Part shown: positions 1 to 11,230 of the stretch, piece after piece
Layout: the number at the start of each line of letters is the position of its first letter
How positions within the stretch are numbered: the stretch's first letter is position 1
Assembly: GCA_001643675.2 (NCBI GenBank)
Contig: LSRY02000016.1
Span: 930,001-994,000 of the forward strand
DNA: 64,000 nucleotides
Direction of reading: 5' to 3'
From: Monocercomonoides exilis PA203
Lineage: Eukaryota > Protista > Preaxostyla
The notes under the pieces: model-generated
The model's input: the letters and a program-made list of their open reading frames with translations, nothing else
Told to the model about the DNA's origin: nothing
Database searches by the model: none
Program-made: the position numbers and the translations under genes

Positions 1-3000
1 AAGATGTGACAATGGTGGAGGTTGAAGAGATGGAGGAAGTGTCAGAGTCTGACGAGCAGTCGGAGTGGAGGGCAATGCATATGACCATGTGCTCTGAGAA
101 CAGCACAATGTGTGGGCTTAGATTGGTCAGTGAGGGAAGTTCATCTTCTTCATCTTCAAACGAGTGCAATGCAACATTAGCCACCCATAATAGAATCTGG
201 GAAGCTGTCATCTCCCGTTGTTGAAGACTGCCAATCTCTATTTCTTTCTTCTCATTCCTTCCATGAAGCAGCATGAACAGCGAATCCCTCAAATCAACGA
301 TCATCTTCTCATGAGGCGAAGAACATGCCATTGCATCCACTAGATTCGACATTGATGAGGTGGTTGGACACAGACTCTCCACTCGAACAAATGTTGTGTC
401 AGTGTCTGAAGTGTCTGCTGTTGAAGTGGATGAGATGGATGGTGATGGAGTTCTTTTCCTTGTCTCTTCCTCTTTCTCACCAACCTTTTCCAATGCCCAT
501 TGAGGAATCTTGTCTGAATCTTTCCCCAGAATATATTCAGTAGATCTACTCTCAGGCAGTAAATGTTCTGATGATTCTGAATGCTCCATATTCGTCACGA
601 AAATTTTCTTCTTTATCCTCTCTTCATTCTTCTTCTCAGCCTCTCTCTCCGCTCTCCTCCACTGCTCTTCAGGTGACATCTCCATCGTCACCATCTCAAA
701 TGCCTTTGGATCCTTTTTTATATTGTCTTCCACAATTATCTCCAATTCTTCTGTCCTTCTCTTTTGCTTTCTCCATCGAACAATAAATATTATCGAAACA
801 ACAAAAACAATCAACAGCACAACAGCCATAATAATAACAATCAATAGCCAATAAGATTTCCCTTCTTTTCCTCCTTTAACCACATTTTCACCCCCATTCA
901 TCTTTGCTTCACTTGCATTCTTCAAAATGAATGAATTTGTTGATGAAGGAGATTCTGCATTCCCAAACAAAATATGAACACTCACCTCAATTTCATCTCC
1001 ACAACTGTTGATAAGATCTTTTTCCACGCTTCCTTCAACTTCTCTTTCTGACAGGAATCCATTTGAATCAAAATCATGTTTTTCAATCTCTTTCTCTTCT
1101 CCTTTCCTCTTCACAACTGAGAATGACAAATTGCATGGAATAAGAAGCATTCCTTTGAATGTCAGCTTCATTCTGTTTGCTTCTTCTTTTGCTTCTACAC
1201 TCTCCAGAACAGGTATGAAGAATGATGAATCTCTCTCTGAAGCAATCCCTTCAAAATTGCACCCTTCATTCAACATCCAAAGTGATGAATTTGGCAAAAC
1301 TCCATCTCCTCCTTTCAAACTCATCACATTCAATGTTCCTGTATCAGAACAGATGATGTTTCTTCTCAATGATGGATATCCGTCAATCGATGGATTGTTG
1401 TCAATGAACTCTCCTTTCTCAATCCTCACAACTCCACCTCTCACACCCAAAACACCCTGCGATGCATTTCCCATTGTTGTATCCCTGATGATAGCAACAC
1501 TGCCTGGCAGTTCCACCAACGATTCATTCCATCGGCAGATTGCACCTGAATCCATTTCAATAGAAGCAAGTGGTTCTTGTTGTTTGCCCATGAAACTGCA
1601 CAAATCAACTGTGATCTCAGAGCACGATTTGAATGATGCAATTGTTGGATTGCTGGATTGAGATGTGCTCTGTGAAAATGAACAGTTGCTCAAATGCACT
1701 TTGCCAGATAATTGTTCTGTACAGAAAAGAGATGCATCTGTTGCAGAGGATGTAATATTTGAGATGCACAAATCAATGAGAGAAACATTCCAATTTCCAT
1801 TTGAATTTGAACCAGGATTGGTCGAGTGGATTTTGAACACGCTTCCGTTTGCCTCAGTATCTGAACATTCAAACTCTTTCACACTCACAATCATACAGCC
1901 ATCTACTATCACACAACTTCCATTTGCAACAACATTTTCCAGTCTCACACTTTCCATATGCATCTCTGATGCATTGTGCAGCTCCATCACATTCCCTGTG
2001 AAGAACACTTCCGAAACATCCAAATGTGACACATTCACTGCGTTTGCCATTTCGATCATGAGGAATGGCAATGTAATTCTCATTGAAGCAATTCTGGATT
2101 GGAGGATTGAGAGCGAGCCTTGGGCAACACGCACCATGCTCAGTTGCAGTATTTGCTCATTTGATGCAGACAGTGTATTTAACATGTTCTTTGCTGAAAA
2201 CAATGCGCGTGAAAGAATAAGAGAACCACTCTTCACACACAGAAGGGATGGATGAGGCGATGAGAAATGTGCTCCAAATGCAAATGTGATCAGATCAATC
2301 TCCACTCGCAAGGTGCACTCAATGATCCCCTCTTCCTCTACTCCATTCATTGGTTGGTCCAGATGCACTGTTGCTGCTTCCATTCTGTCCGCTGAACGGA
2401 TTGCCACATCTCTCGCTGACGCTGGGCCTGCGATGAGGGAATTGCCGAAAATGAACAGGATACTGTATGTGCTGCTGATCACATGCCTCAGCCCCACATT
2501 CACAGATTCACATGGAGCTGATGAGCTGCCACAATGAATGGCATCTGATGCTTCAGGTGCTGTCGATGAAGCAAACACAACATAATCCATGAATGGTGCA
2601 ACTCTCAGCAGAAGATCTTCCTCATCCTCAAATGTCCGCATTGTGCACCCCCATATCGCAAATGTGCGGTTGAATGATGTGCCAAAGTCGAGGTCGAACT
2701 GCGTTTCATTGATCTGTGTGCCGATGTTGGTGCATCTCACATACACATCTCTCCCTCGCAATGCTGTGTTTGCTGAAAAGTCGATGTTGCTGAAGCGAAA
2801 AGGAAGCGGTGCTTGTGTGCTCGACGAACAATCCAGGAAGATCACACCCCCTCTGCCACTCGACTTTGCAAAGCACTCACTCGCTTGGCAATCTTCCCAC
2901 GTGACAGACCCACCATCCCCAAGATCAAACAGCACTGCTCCTCCTCTTTCGCTTGAGGATGAGCCACAGCCTTCCAGTGTGGTGTTCTTCACTCGCAGTG

Positions 3001-6000
3001 TTAATCCTGTGATTGTTGTACCCCTCAGCAGCCCAGGTGCATTTCCGTTCTTCTGCTCCACTCTCAAAAACGCACACTCATTCACTTCAATGTTTGCCAT
3101 CATGTTGTTGTTTGATTTGTCATGTGCCATTTTGGTACTGCTTGTCTTCTTTTCTTGCTCTTCGCTCTGAACAACCTTCACATCTAGCGCAATGCATCCT
3201 TCACATTCCACATCTGACAAGTTACTGCTGCTCATGTTGATTGTCCCGCTGTTCTCCAGGCAGATGAGCGGATAACTCGTTGAAATAGATTGCATGCTTA
3301 GCCTTGTGCAGGACAATGTTCCTTCACTCACTGTGATCATCACAAACTCAATCGATCCACTCTCCCCTTCATCCATCCCAAACGAGCTTTCTTCCACATC
3401 CAGCACCCCTTCCACACCCTGTGATGCAATCAGTCTCTTGTCTCCATTTCCAAACGAGCAAGGAACAGCAAATCTAATCCTATGAATCACACATCTCTTT
3501 GTGTTCACAATCACAGTTCCTGTATTCCCTCCAATCTCTTTCAGACACCTCACAACACAAGTGCTGCTTCCAGGTGCACATCTCACATCCACTCCGCTCA
3601 CATCCACCTCTCTCCCTACCTCGCTCTCACCTCTCACAACAATCCTCTTCCCCTCTCCTCCCTCCAATCGGGTGACTGTGTGATGAAGCGATCTGCACGG
3701 ACACCCCTCAAAACCACACACAACTGTGTCAGCACCTCCACTCCCAACATACACTTCTGCTCCAATCTCTTCAAAGAAATACACCAATGGGATTGCATTC
3801 GTTCTGTCGCTCCCATCATATCCCATGAACTGCTCTTCAATCCCTTCCTCACCCCTCATCCCATCCATGAATGGCAGTGTGGTGTTTGTGATGCTGCCCC
3901 TCAGCTCAGCCGATTGCACAAACATGTTGCTCCCATATTTCGCCTTGTTTGGCTTGCTCTCTCCTTCTCCAAAATCCGGATTCCTCACAACAAACCCATC
4001 TCCCCCTTCTTCCAGTCCGATCATCACCCCTCCTCCATATCCTCCTCCTGCTCCACTTGTTTGTGCTTCACACCCCTTGAATTGGCATCCCTCAATCACA
4101 ATATCAGCAACTGTTGAATCAGCATTCCCATATTCAGCACATTCCACACACACCCCTCCTCCCATCCTCCCCTCACCCTCAACACAGCACCCATCAAAAA
4201 TACATCCACTCAGCTTCACCATTGGCTCGCTCTCATCATTCCCAGCTTTTGTTCCTGTCTTCTCAATCACCACTCTCACTCCTCCCCCATTTCCTCTCTC
4301 GCTAACAATCCCACTCAAGTTGCACTCACTCATCTCCAGCAACCCTCCATTCATCCATTCCACTCCTGACCCAGACTCTGCCCCACCATTGATGTTGATC
4401 CCTGAAATGTTGCATCGTGCCATCTTTAACCATCCTCCTCCATTTCCTCCTTTGAATGAAATCACTGATACTCCCCATTCAAGCCCATTCCCACTCATCT
4501 TCACATCCTCAATCTCCACTTCCCCACCTCTCCCTGCCACAAGCCCCACACCCCTTGTCCCTTCCCTCAAGTCAACTTCGCAACTGCTCATCCTCAGAAC
4601 CCCTCCAGCACACATCATCAGATACTCGATCTCAGAGTGAAGACTCTTCACATTCATCACTATCTTTTCGATCGAAAATGAACTGCCTGAAACAATCACT
4701 CCCTCTTGTGATATCTCTGAGCTCACACTCACATCAATGCCCACTTTCAACTCCTCTCCACATCCCACTCTCCACTCTCCTTCAGGCACAGAAATCTCCT
4801 CACTTAACACAAACGGCGCATGAAGTTGAATATCACCTGATTCGGCCAATGAAAATCGAAGAGCCAAACCTCTGCTGATCGAAGAGCATGGCGCCTCGGC
4901 AAATCCACACGCACTGAAGTCTGCTGCCCTGCTTCCCCCAACATGCACTGGCCCTGTGAAATTCTCCCACAGATACACAAAAAGGGGAAGCACCACATCC
5001 CCATATGCTGCTTCTGTCTCCACCCCCTCAATATCACCCAAACACTCCAACTCAGCCTCCGTCAAGCTCCAATCAAGCCAATTTCTCACATCCTCTTCAT
5101 CAATGTGTCCTGCTGCAATAAACACATTCTTTCCCCATTTCGCCTTGTTTCCTCCAAACATCGGCTGAGTGAGTCTGAATGCCTCTGCTGGTCCTTTCAA
5201 CTGAACATATATCGCTCCTCCTCTTCCACTCTCCTCGCTGCACTCACATCCCTCAAACTTCGATTTGCTCACGATCAATTTTCCTCCTCCTCCCTCTCCC
5301 ATTTCAACGTTTGCGCACAGCGCCCCTCCTTTTCCACCCTCGCTGCCTGCAAAACATTCAGTGAATGTGCATCCATCAATTTCCATGCTGTTTCCATTCC
5401 CTATCCTCAGCAGATGGCTTCCTCCATCAGCAGATTTGCTGCACCCACACCTCACAAACTCGCAGCTGCTCACAGAAAGCGAAAGAGATCCATCTGAATC
5501 TGCCACAAGTGCTGCTCCCCCATCACTTCTAACCACATCGCTCACGCCTGTCGATGTGATGTTCACCACATCTGATGGAGTGCCAAAGTGGAACAGAGGA
5601 GCAGATGCCAGAGCAATAGAAGAAATGTTTGAGGAGGAAACAGACATTGAGCCAAACAAAACCATGAATAGAGACGAGCTGAAGATGATGGCTGAGGATG
5701 AGCCTGTGATGGTGAGGTCTGAGATGGCAAGGGTGGCTGCTTGCTGAGTGAGGGTGAACAACGAAGGCGACGGTGATTGAGGTGAGTTGTGGACAATGGA
5801 GAACGAGGAGGCTGAAAGAGAGCCAAGCGAGATCGAAAACAACGAGAATGAAGCACCACTTGGAAGCATGTTTGTCTGCACAATGCAAGTGGCTTTGTCA
5901 TTCCCATTCATCTCAATATGCTTTGCTCCAATGTTAACACACAATGAAGGAGAAAATAAGGAGGGAAGGAGAATCACTTTCAATTCAAAATTTGCATCTG

Positions 6001-7720
6001 CCTGTCCAACTACATATTCAAGTGTCCTGCATGCATCTGCCTCAGAAGCTCCACATTCACTTTTGTCTGTTCCATCTGATTTCACAAACAGCTCAAGAAT
6101 TTTGAAAGTTATCCAATCATTCACTGTTTGATTGTCTGCTGTGTTGTTGTTCCAGATTCTCTTTTCTTTTGTTGTTGAGAAGCAATTACTAAACGGAGAA
6201 TCAATTACATTACTGCCATCAAAGAATACGTCGTTTCCCCTTCCATTCGCAGCTGTATTTCCATAAAACAAGCAGAATGAAATGAACTCAAATCCGCTCA
6301 ACCAAGATCTTGATGAAATGAAGGAAATTGCAGCTCCACCATATGTTGAAGAAGCTGAAGTTAGAATGTTTTTGTGAAATAGACAATTATCAATACTAAA
6401 AGAACTTGGCTTTGAAGATGGAGAATCTCCAAATTTTATTGAACCATAAGCATCAATGCCAGAGTTTTCTTCAAATGCACAACATGAAATCTCAATTGTT
6501 CCTGATGAAGGAAAATCATGGAATCCACAGAATAAAACCGTACCATGACTTCCATTTATTGAACAATTACGAAAGTTACATTTAAAAAAACAAACAATTT
6601 GATTAACATCTGGATTTTGATAAAGATTCAGGGCTCCACCATTTCCTCCAGCTTGACATCCAATAAAGTCTGTTTCTGTTATATTTGCAACTGCAATTGG
6701 ATGAAAGTATATTGCTCCACCATCGCTTTTTGAAGAACAGTTCTGGAAGAGGCAATTGTGGATTGAAACATTGGCGCTTGAAATAGAGCAGGAAATGGCC
6801 CCACCATTCCCTGCATATTTTGGCAAATCAATCCATTCACACCACTCAAACTCATGGTTGCCGTCTGGCAAACCAATCCTTGAACTCATGTTTATCGGGT
6901 TTTCTTGAGTTCCGTGTTGGGCTTCATTTGGTCTTGGAGTGCGAGCACAAGTGCGAAATGAGGTGTTGAACAGATTCAGAGAGTGACGAAGTTCGTTCAT
7001 TGATGGGATTATCCCTCCATCAATTGCATTACTCACTGCTTCGAATGAGCAACATCTCATTTTTGTCGATAAATGGAACAATATGGATTCATCAGGCTTG
7101 GATGGCTCAGGCTTTGCCAAGGATGAAATATTCGAGAACGAAGAATGTCCAATGCACACAGAAATCAGGAAAGGAGATGAGCAGAAGGGATGCGAGGAAA
7201 CACAAAACGATCCAAAAATACTTTGATCAATTTCAAGCATATTTTGGGAAAGCAAAGAAAAAGATTCCGGCAGAGAAGAAACAAGAGATGGGAGAGCTTT
7301 CAGAGCATCGGAAGAGCACATCGAAATATTGGACAAAAGCATGCACCCAGAAACGCACATTATCGGACTTTTCGATGCTGTTTTGCAACATACCACACAA
7401 CAGCCACGAAGAGCAAGAAATGAATTTTGAGTTAATACAAATTGGGAGCAGCTTGGGGGAAAGGCACAACAAAGCGAGGATATTTCCAACGAAGAATTGA
7501 TTTCTTGGATAATTCCATTGAAGCACGAATATTTATTATTGTGTTCAAGCTTTCTGTTTTCACTCAATAAATCTGGAAAAGAATCAAATAAAGATGATGA
7601 CATTTTGCTCATTGGAGAACGGGATTTACTGCTCGAATGATTGATTTCACATGAAGGGACAACACAGCAGCAATATTGGAGCAGCAAGGCAACTGCAACA
7701 CAAGGAGAAATCGAGTTCAT
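1..7720 (-). CDS. Giant single-pass receptor-like protein: Pmp-like (GGA) beta-helix ectodomain + TM + pseudokinase-like tail; 3'-partial, >=2573 aa, intronless
   Basis: Manual translation from ATG at 7720 (in-frame TGA two codons upstream) is open to position 2; it is absent from the ORF track because no stop lies in the window. N-terminus MNSISPCVAVALLLQYCCCVV is signal-like. It has repeated GGAI/GGAL and CGxxxxPC motifs, TM YWLLIVIIMAVVLLIVFVVSIIFIV-RWRK (~775-853), and a tail DPKAFEMVTMEMSPEEQWRRAERE...LSPHIVLFSEHMVICIALHSDC that is colinear with the 56594-64000 gene. Confidence 0.88.
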   Translation of the reverse strand, partial: MNSISPCVAVALLLQYCCCVVPSCEINHSSSKSRSPMSKMSSSLFDSFPDLLSENRKLEHNNKYSCFNGIIQEINSSLEISSLCCAFPPSCSQFVLTQNSFLALRGCCVVCCKTASKSPIMCVSGCMLLSNISMCSSDALKALPSLVSSLPESFSLLSQNMLEIDQSIFGSFCVSSHPFCSSPFLISVCIGHSSFSNISSLAKPEPSKPDESILFHLSTKMRCCSFEAVSNAIDGGIIPSMNELRHSLNLFNTSFRTCARTPRPNEAQHGTQENPINMSSRIGLPDGNHEFEWCEWIDLPKYAGNGGAISCSISSANVSIHNCLFQNCSSKSDGGAIYFHPIAVANITETDFIGCQAGGNGGALNLYQNPDVNQIVCFFKCNFRNCSINGSHGTVLFCGFHDFPSSGTIEISCCAFEENSGIDAYGSIKFGDSPSSKPSSFSIDNCLFHKNILTSASSTYGGAAISFISSRSWLSGFEFISFCLFYGNTAANGRGNDVFFDGSNVIDSPFSNCFSTTKEKRIWNNNTADNQTVNDWITFKILELFVKSDGTDKSECGASEADACRTLEYVVGQADANFELKVILLPSLFSPSLCVNIGAKHIEMNGNDKATCIVQTNMLPSGASFSLFSISLGSLSASSFSIVHNSPQSPSPSLFTLTQQAATLAISDLTITGSSSAIIFSSSLFMVLFGSMSVSSSNISSIALASAPLFHFGTPSDVVNITSTGVSDVVRSDGGAALVADSDGSLSLSVSSCEFVRCGCSKSADGGSHLLRIGNGNSMEIDGCTFTECFAGSEGGKGGALCANVEMGEGGGGKLIVSKSKFEGCECSEESGRGGAIYVQLKGPAEAFRLTQPMFGGNKAKWGKNVFIAAGHIDEEDVRNWLDWSLTEAELECLGDIEGVETEAAYGDVVLPLFVYLWENFTGPVHVGGSRAADFSACGFAEAPCSSISRGLALRFSLAESGDIQLHAPFVLSEEISVPEGEWRVGCGEELKVGIDVSVSSEISQEGVIVSGSSFSIEKIVMNVKSLHSEIEYLMMCAGGVLRMSSCEVDLREGTRGVGLVAGRGGEVEIEDVKMSGNGLEWGVSVISFKGGNGGGWLKMARCNISGININGGAESGSGVEWMNGGLLEMSECNLSGIVSERGNGGGVRVVIEKTGTKAGNDESEPMVKLSGCIFDGCCVEGEGRMGGGVCVECAEYGNADSTVADIVIEGCQFKGCEAQTSGAGGGYGGGVMIGLEEGGDGFVVRNPDFGEGESKPNKAKYGSNMFVQSAELRGSITNTTLPFMDGMRGEEGIEEQFMGYDGSDRTNAIPLVYFFEEIGAEVYVGSGGADTVVCGFEGCPCRSLHHTVTRLEGGEGKRIVVRGESEVGREVDVSGVDVRCAPGSSTCVVRCLKEIGGNTGTVIVNTKRCVIHRIRFAVPCSFGNGDKRLIASQGVEGVLDVEESSFGMDEGESGSIEFVMITVSEGTLSCTRLSMQSISTSYPLICLENSGTINMSSSNLSDVECEGCIALDVKVVQSEEQEKKTSSTKMAHDKSNNNMMANIEVNECAFLRVEQKNGNAPGLLRGTTITGLTLRVKNTTLEGCGSSSSERGGAVLFDLGDGGSVTWEDCQASECFAKSSGRGGVIFLDCSSSTQAPLPFRFSNIDFSANTALRGRDVYVRCTNIGTQINETQFDLDFGTSFNRTFAIWGCTMRTFEDEEDLLLRVAPFMDYVVFASSTAPEASDAIHCGSSSAPCESVNVGLRHVISSTYSILFIFGNSLIAGPASARDVAIRSADRMEAATVHLDQPMNGVEEEGIIECTLRVEIDLITFAFGAHFSSPHPSLLCVKSGSLILSRALFSAKNMLNTLSASNEQILQLSMVRVAQGSLSILQSRIASMRITLPFLMIEMANAVNVSHLDVSEVFFTGNVMELHNASEMHMESVRLENVVANGSCVIVDGCMIVSVKEFECSDTEANGSVFKIHSTNPGSNSNGNWNVSLIDLCISNITSSATDASLFCTEQLSGKVHLSNCSFSQSTSQSSNPTIASFKSCSEITVDLCSFMGKQQEPLASIEMDSGAICRWNESLVELPGSVAIIRDTTMGNASQGVLGVRGGVVRIEKGEFIDNNPSIDGYPSLRRNIICSDTGTLNVMSLKGGDGVLPNSSLWMLNEGCNFEGIASERDSSFFIPVLESVEAKEEANRMKLTFKGMLLIPCNLSFSVVKRKGEEKEIEKHDFDSNGFLSEREVEGSVEKDLINSCGDEIEVSVHILFGNAESPSSTNSFILKNASEAKMNGGENVVKGGKEGKSYWLLIVIIMAVVLLIVFVVSIIFIVRWRKQKRRTEELEIIVEDNIKKDPKAFEMVTMEMSPEEQWRRAEREAEKKNEERIKKKIFVTNMEHSESSEHLLPESRSTEYILGKDSDKIPQWALEKVGEKEEETRKRTPSPSISSTSTADTSDTDTTFVRVESLCPTTSSMSNLVDAMACSSPHEKMIVDLRDSLFMLLHGRNEKKEIEIGSLQQREMTASQILLWVANVALHSFEDEEDELPSLTNLSPHIVLFSEHMVICIALHSDCSSDSDTSSISSTSTIVTS

Positions 7721-8899
7721 TCCTCACTCCTGCAAACAGTTCTATTATGGGCCTTCAATCAAATTTCCCTTTTAATTATTTTCTTTTATGAAAAGGTTAG
7801 TAAAATGAGAAAAACATTGAATTAAAAGAATTCAGGTATAAATGAATGAAGATTATTTGGCATTCTCACATTTATTCATCAAAAATTTGATCCTTCAAAA
7901 ATCACCTTTTTTCGAAGATAATTTCGTTTCCTTTATGACTTCACAGCAGACATCTTGTTTCCAAATCCATTTAAAAAACAATTTTCTCCTTTGGAGCAAT
8001 TGTTTCGTAGAGAATAATAATCGATCAAATGCACTTTGATTGATATATTGAATTTTGATGATTCATCATCAATGAATATGACACAAATTTCTCGAAAACG
8101 AAAATAGAATAACCTTAAGCTTTAATGAAATCTCCAGAGAAATAAGTAAGGATTTATTCAACTAAAGATCTGTAGCTCTTGCCATTCGATCGATGATAAA
8201 CTGGCATTTTCTGTTAGGTTTCACATTTGCAAATTATGCTCAGTTTGTTCAAAGTTGTATTTTCTTGAGCGAATGACCTGTCCGAAGAAACATTTTAAGA
8301 GATTTTCATAAAAAATCTTTTTCACTCAGAAATAACTGCATTGATCGAGCTGTGTGCCTTTTTTTGTGGAAACATTGATTCATCTAACGTAAGGTCATCA
8401 AAAATAATCTTCTCTTTGCTTTCAGGCAGGAATAAAATAATTATCTTCATAGGCTATTTTGCTTCAAGATTTGAATTGAAGAAGAAAAGAACATTGAAAT
8501 AACTGTTATTTCTCCGTAAAGCTCAGAAATTGTGAATTCGTCATTTCCATCAGCAGCACAACATCATTGTGAAGTTCACTAAATTTTGCCTTTATTTCAC
8601 CTCAAATAATCAAAAATGAAGATATTTCCCCCCTCACTAAGGATCATTCATAAAAGAAAATTAATCCCGCTCCAATAGAGCTCCATTACAAACAAGAAGT
8701 TCTTCTGACAGTGAAAAAAAACTTTGCATTCATCAACGGAATCACATACTCTAAATTTATCTTCTTCAATGAATTGAATTTCTTTGATGTTTTGTTCATA
8801 ATGAAAGGAACATTTTTTCATCTGGTGTCTGAAGCTCCATATTGTTGTGAGATTTCTTCTTCTTTATCGCATAATTCCACTTGAAGCTCAATATGCAGC

Positions 8900-10300
8900 T
8901 CAAAAAAACTGATGGACATCAACAAAGCCGGACATTCATTGAAGATTGTCTTTTTTGAACATGCAATAATGGTGTTTTCTCTTTCAATGATTTCTCAATT
9001 TCCATTGCACGAAAATAAAACTCTGCATCTATCCCTTCAGAAAAACATTGTTTGATACGTCGTGAGTTGCAATTGCAACTCTGGGATGAGTGATTCAACA
9101 ATTGCCAAATCCAATCGATTGGCACGAATGAGTATGGTTTGCAAAAAGAAGTTTTGATGGAGTGCAAATTACAACAGAACCCATAAGAGAAATCTCATTC
9201 GGAGAGTGGTTCTCTTTGAACAGAAGATGCTGCAATGAGAGGAGAGTCATATTCTCCAAAAAATAATTCGGAACATTTCATAAATATGAGCAGAGAAAAA
9301 GGCGATGAAACTTCAGATGAAACCTGAAAAAAACAACAGCTTGAGAGCTCAGAAGTCGAAGAGAATAAATGTGGATCAACAAATGGATTTGCACTCGCAT
9401 ACAAAAGGCTGCTGTTTGTCGAGAAGAAATAGAAATAAAAGATAACAAGATAATGAAGAAATATCCTTTTAATCACTAAGTTATGATTTTAGATTTTTAT
9501 CTCATCACTTCTGTGATGCTTCATGCCCCCACAAAATGCCAAAGGACAACTTTTTCTCGAATTGAATGTTTAGAGGAAAATGATGGACAATAAATCCATC
9601 CGATCAGAACAAGCCGAAAAAAGCAGATAAATCACATGCATTGGAAATAATTTATCTGCCAATATCAGAGCCATTCCAAGTTGCATTATCCACACAGATA
9701 TCATTTTCATTCTTCTGAGCAGATATTCGTTTTATGATGAAAGGAATCGCTTCGCTAGCTCCATTTTGCTCTTTCCAGTAAAAAGATTTGTTATTCAATC
9801 TTTTTTCCTTCTGGATACTGCATATCTGCGCCTAAGAAAAGAAATAGATCTAAAACAGAAAATTTTGTTTGTTCTTCACGAATTGTGTATTTGATGTGTC
9901 GAACATAAAATTCGCTAAAGACGAGCAAAGTCCACAGTTTGTTTGCACAAAAGGAAATTTTCGTTTTTCAGATGGTTTCTTCTTTGAATAATCATTCAGA
10001 TTATTTTTGAAGGAATTCTCTTTGAAATGATTTATTGTATGCCAATTCACTCGAGATGTATTTCAAGAGAGCAGCATCTGAATTCCCTGTGCATTGGAGC
10101 TCATCTTTTGCATCACAACTGAGGATGAATGTTTGAATGAAACTGAAAACTCTGAGGAATCACTTAAAACGAATATGTTTCTCTTATTTGCTAGTTCAAA
10201 CGAAAAGCCCATCATGCGCCATTCTGGAATCATTCTTTAAAATAATCCGTCTGTCATAACAACACAATACAATTCTTTGGTAAATTAGTCAAGATGTTGT
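8900..10300 (-). pseudogene. Heavily decayed relic of the Pmp-like receptor family
   Basis: Broken minus-strand fragments occur in the same order as in the intact genes: AQKNENDICVDN (~9720-9685; cf. TAKWGNDIFAIS), FPMHVIYLLF (~9648-9619; cf. IPLCIYLLS), KHSI..KVV (~9570; cf. LKHSLTQ..KKIVV), FSSTSELSSCC (~9350). Many stops and frameshifts; boundaries approximate. Confidence 0.4.
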
Positions 10301-10681
10301 TGTCTTCATTCACAAAGGAAAACGTTCATTAAAAAATCATCTGACGATTTGATTGACTCAAGCCAAGGCAATTAATCAAACAAATGAAATGAAAATGCTT
10401 CTACAGGAAAAATGAATGAATTAAGATGGCCTTCTTCAGTCAAAGATGAAAAGAGTACACAAAATAACAAGGTGTTTATGTTCGACTGTGAACGTAGATA
10501 TAAATTCACAGTTTGAAAATGAAATAAGAATCGAGTAAAAGGCAGCACCGAATGAAAAGGACTTCTTATCTTTGTTGTTGTAAAGGGCCAACATGCACAT
10601 AACTGGTTTCTTCGTTCGCTTTCCATTTCCTGATGCTGATGAATGCGCTGCAAAAATAGCACTTTTGCGAGGCAATAAGAG

Positions 10682-11230
10682 ATGCAATGGAGATGGAACA
10701 AGTTTGTGGAAGAAGAATTGATGACATTCGAATTGAAGTCTCAAAAAAGAGAAGAGAAGAGAAGAAGAGGTGAAGAGAAAATTTCCAGAAATAATTTGAT
10801 TTTTCTGGATATGATGGGAAATGTTTTATTTCAGGAAATGAAGAATATGACGATGAAGAAAAAGAAGAAATCTATGCTGGCTCCTTTGAATGTAATTTAA
10901 ACATAAGGTATTGAAGACCTTTAAAGAAACAATAAGAGATATATGAATTGAAGAATAAAACGGAAGTGTTGAGTCGATTGGAGAAACGAATGAAAAAAGG
11001 AAAACAATCTGTCGAAGAATGAAACTGAATTGAGGAATTAATTGGGCTGATCTTTTGATAATTGAGCAGGTTTGTTTGATTCTTTGGCGAAGAATCGAGA
11101 AATGTGATAAAACATTTTCGGAATGAAAAGTGGAGGAGAAGTTGAAGAAGGAATGCAAAAAGAAGAAGAAATCGAAGAGGAAATAATCGCCTTTGAAACA
11201 ATCGTTTGATGGAAATTGTGTCGAAGTGGA
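10682..11230 (+). pseudogene. Decayed copy of the lineage-specific helical family represented by 50048-51487
   Basis: Fragments EEELMTF...EEKISRNNLIFLDMMGNVLF (cf. EEEFNSVF...EEKLSMSNAILLLKHIGYF) and EEEIEEEIIAFETI (cf. EEEGYEDAIISFYQS), interrupted by stops and frameshifts. Confidence 0.35.

Noticed and set aside
6-6131. Many plus-strand ORFs (up to 304 aa), likewise those at 56697-63951 and within the ABCC copies
   Set aside because: Antisense or alternate-frame shadows of long real CDSs; no independent motifs.
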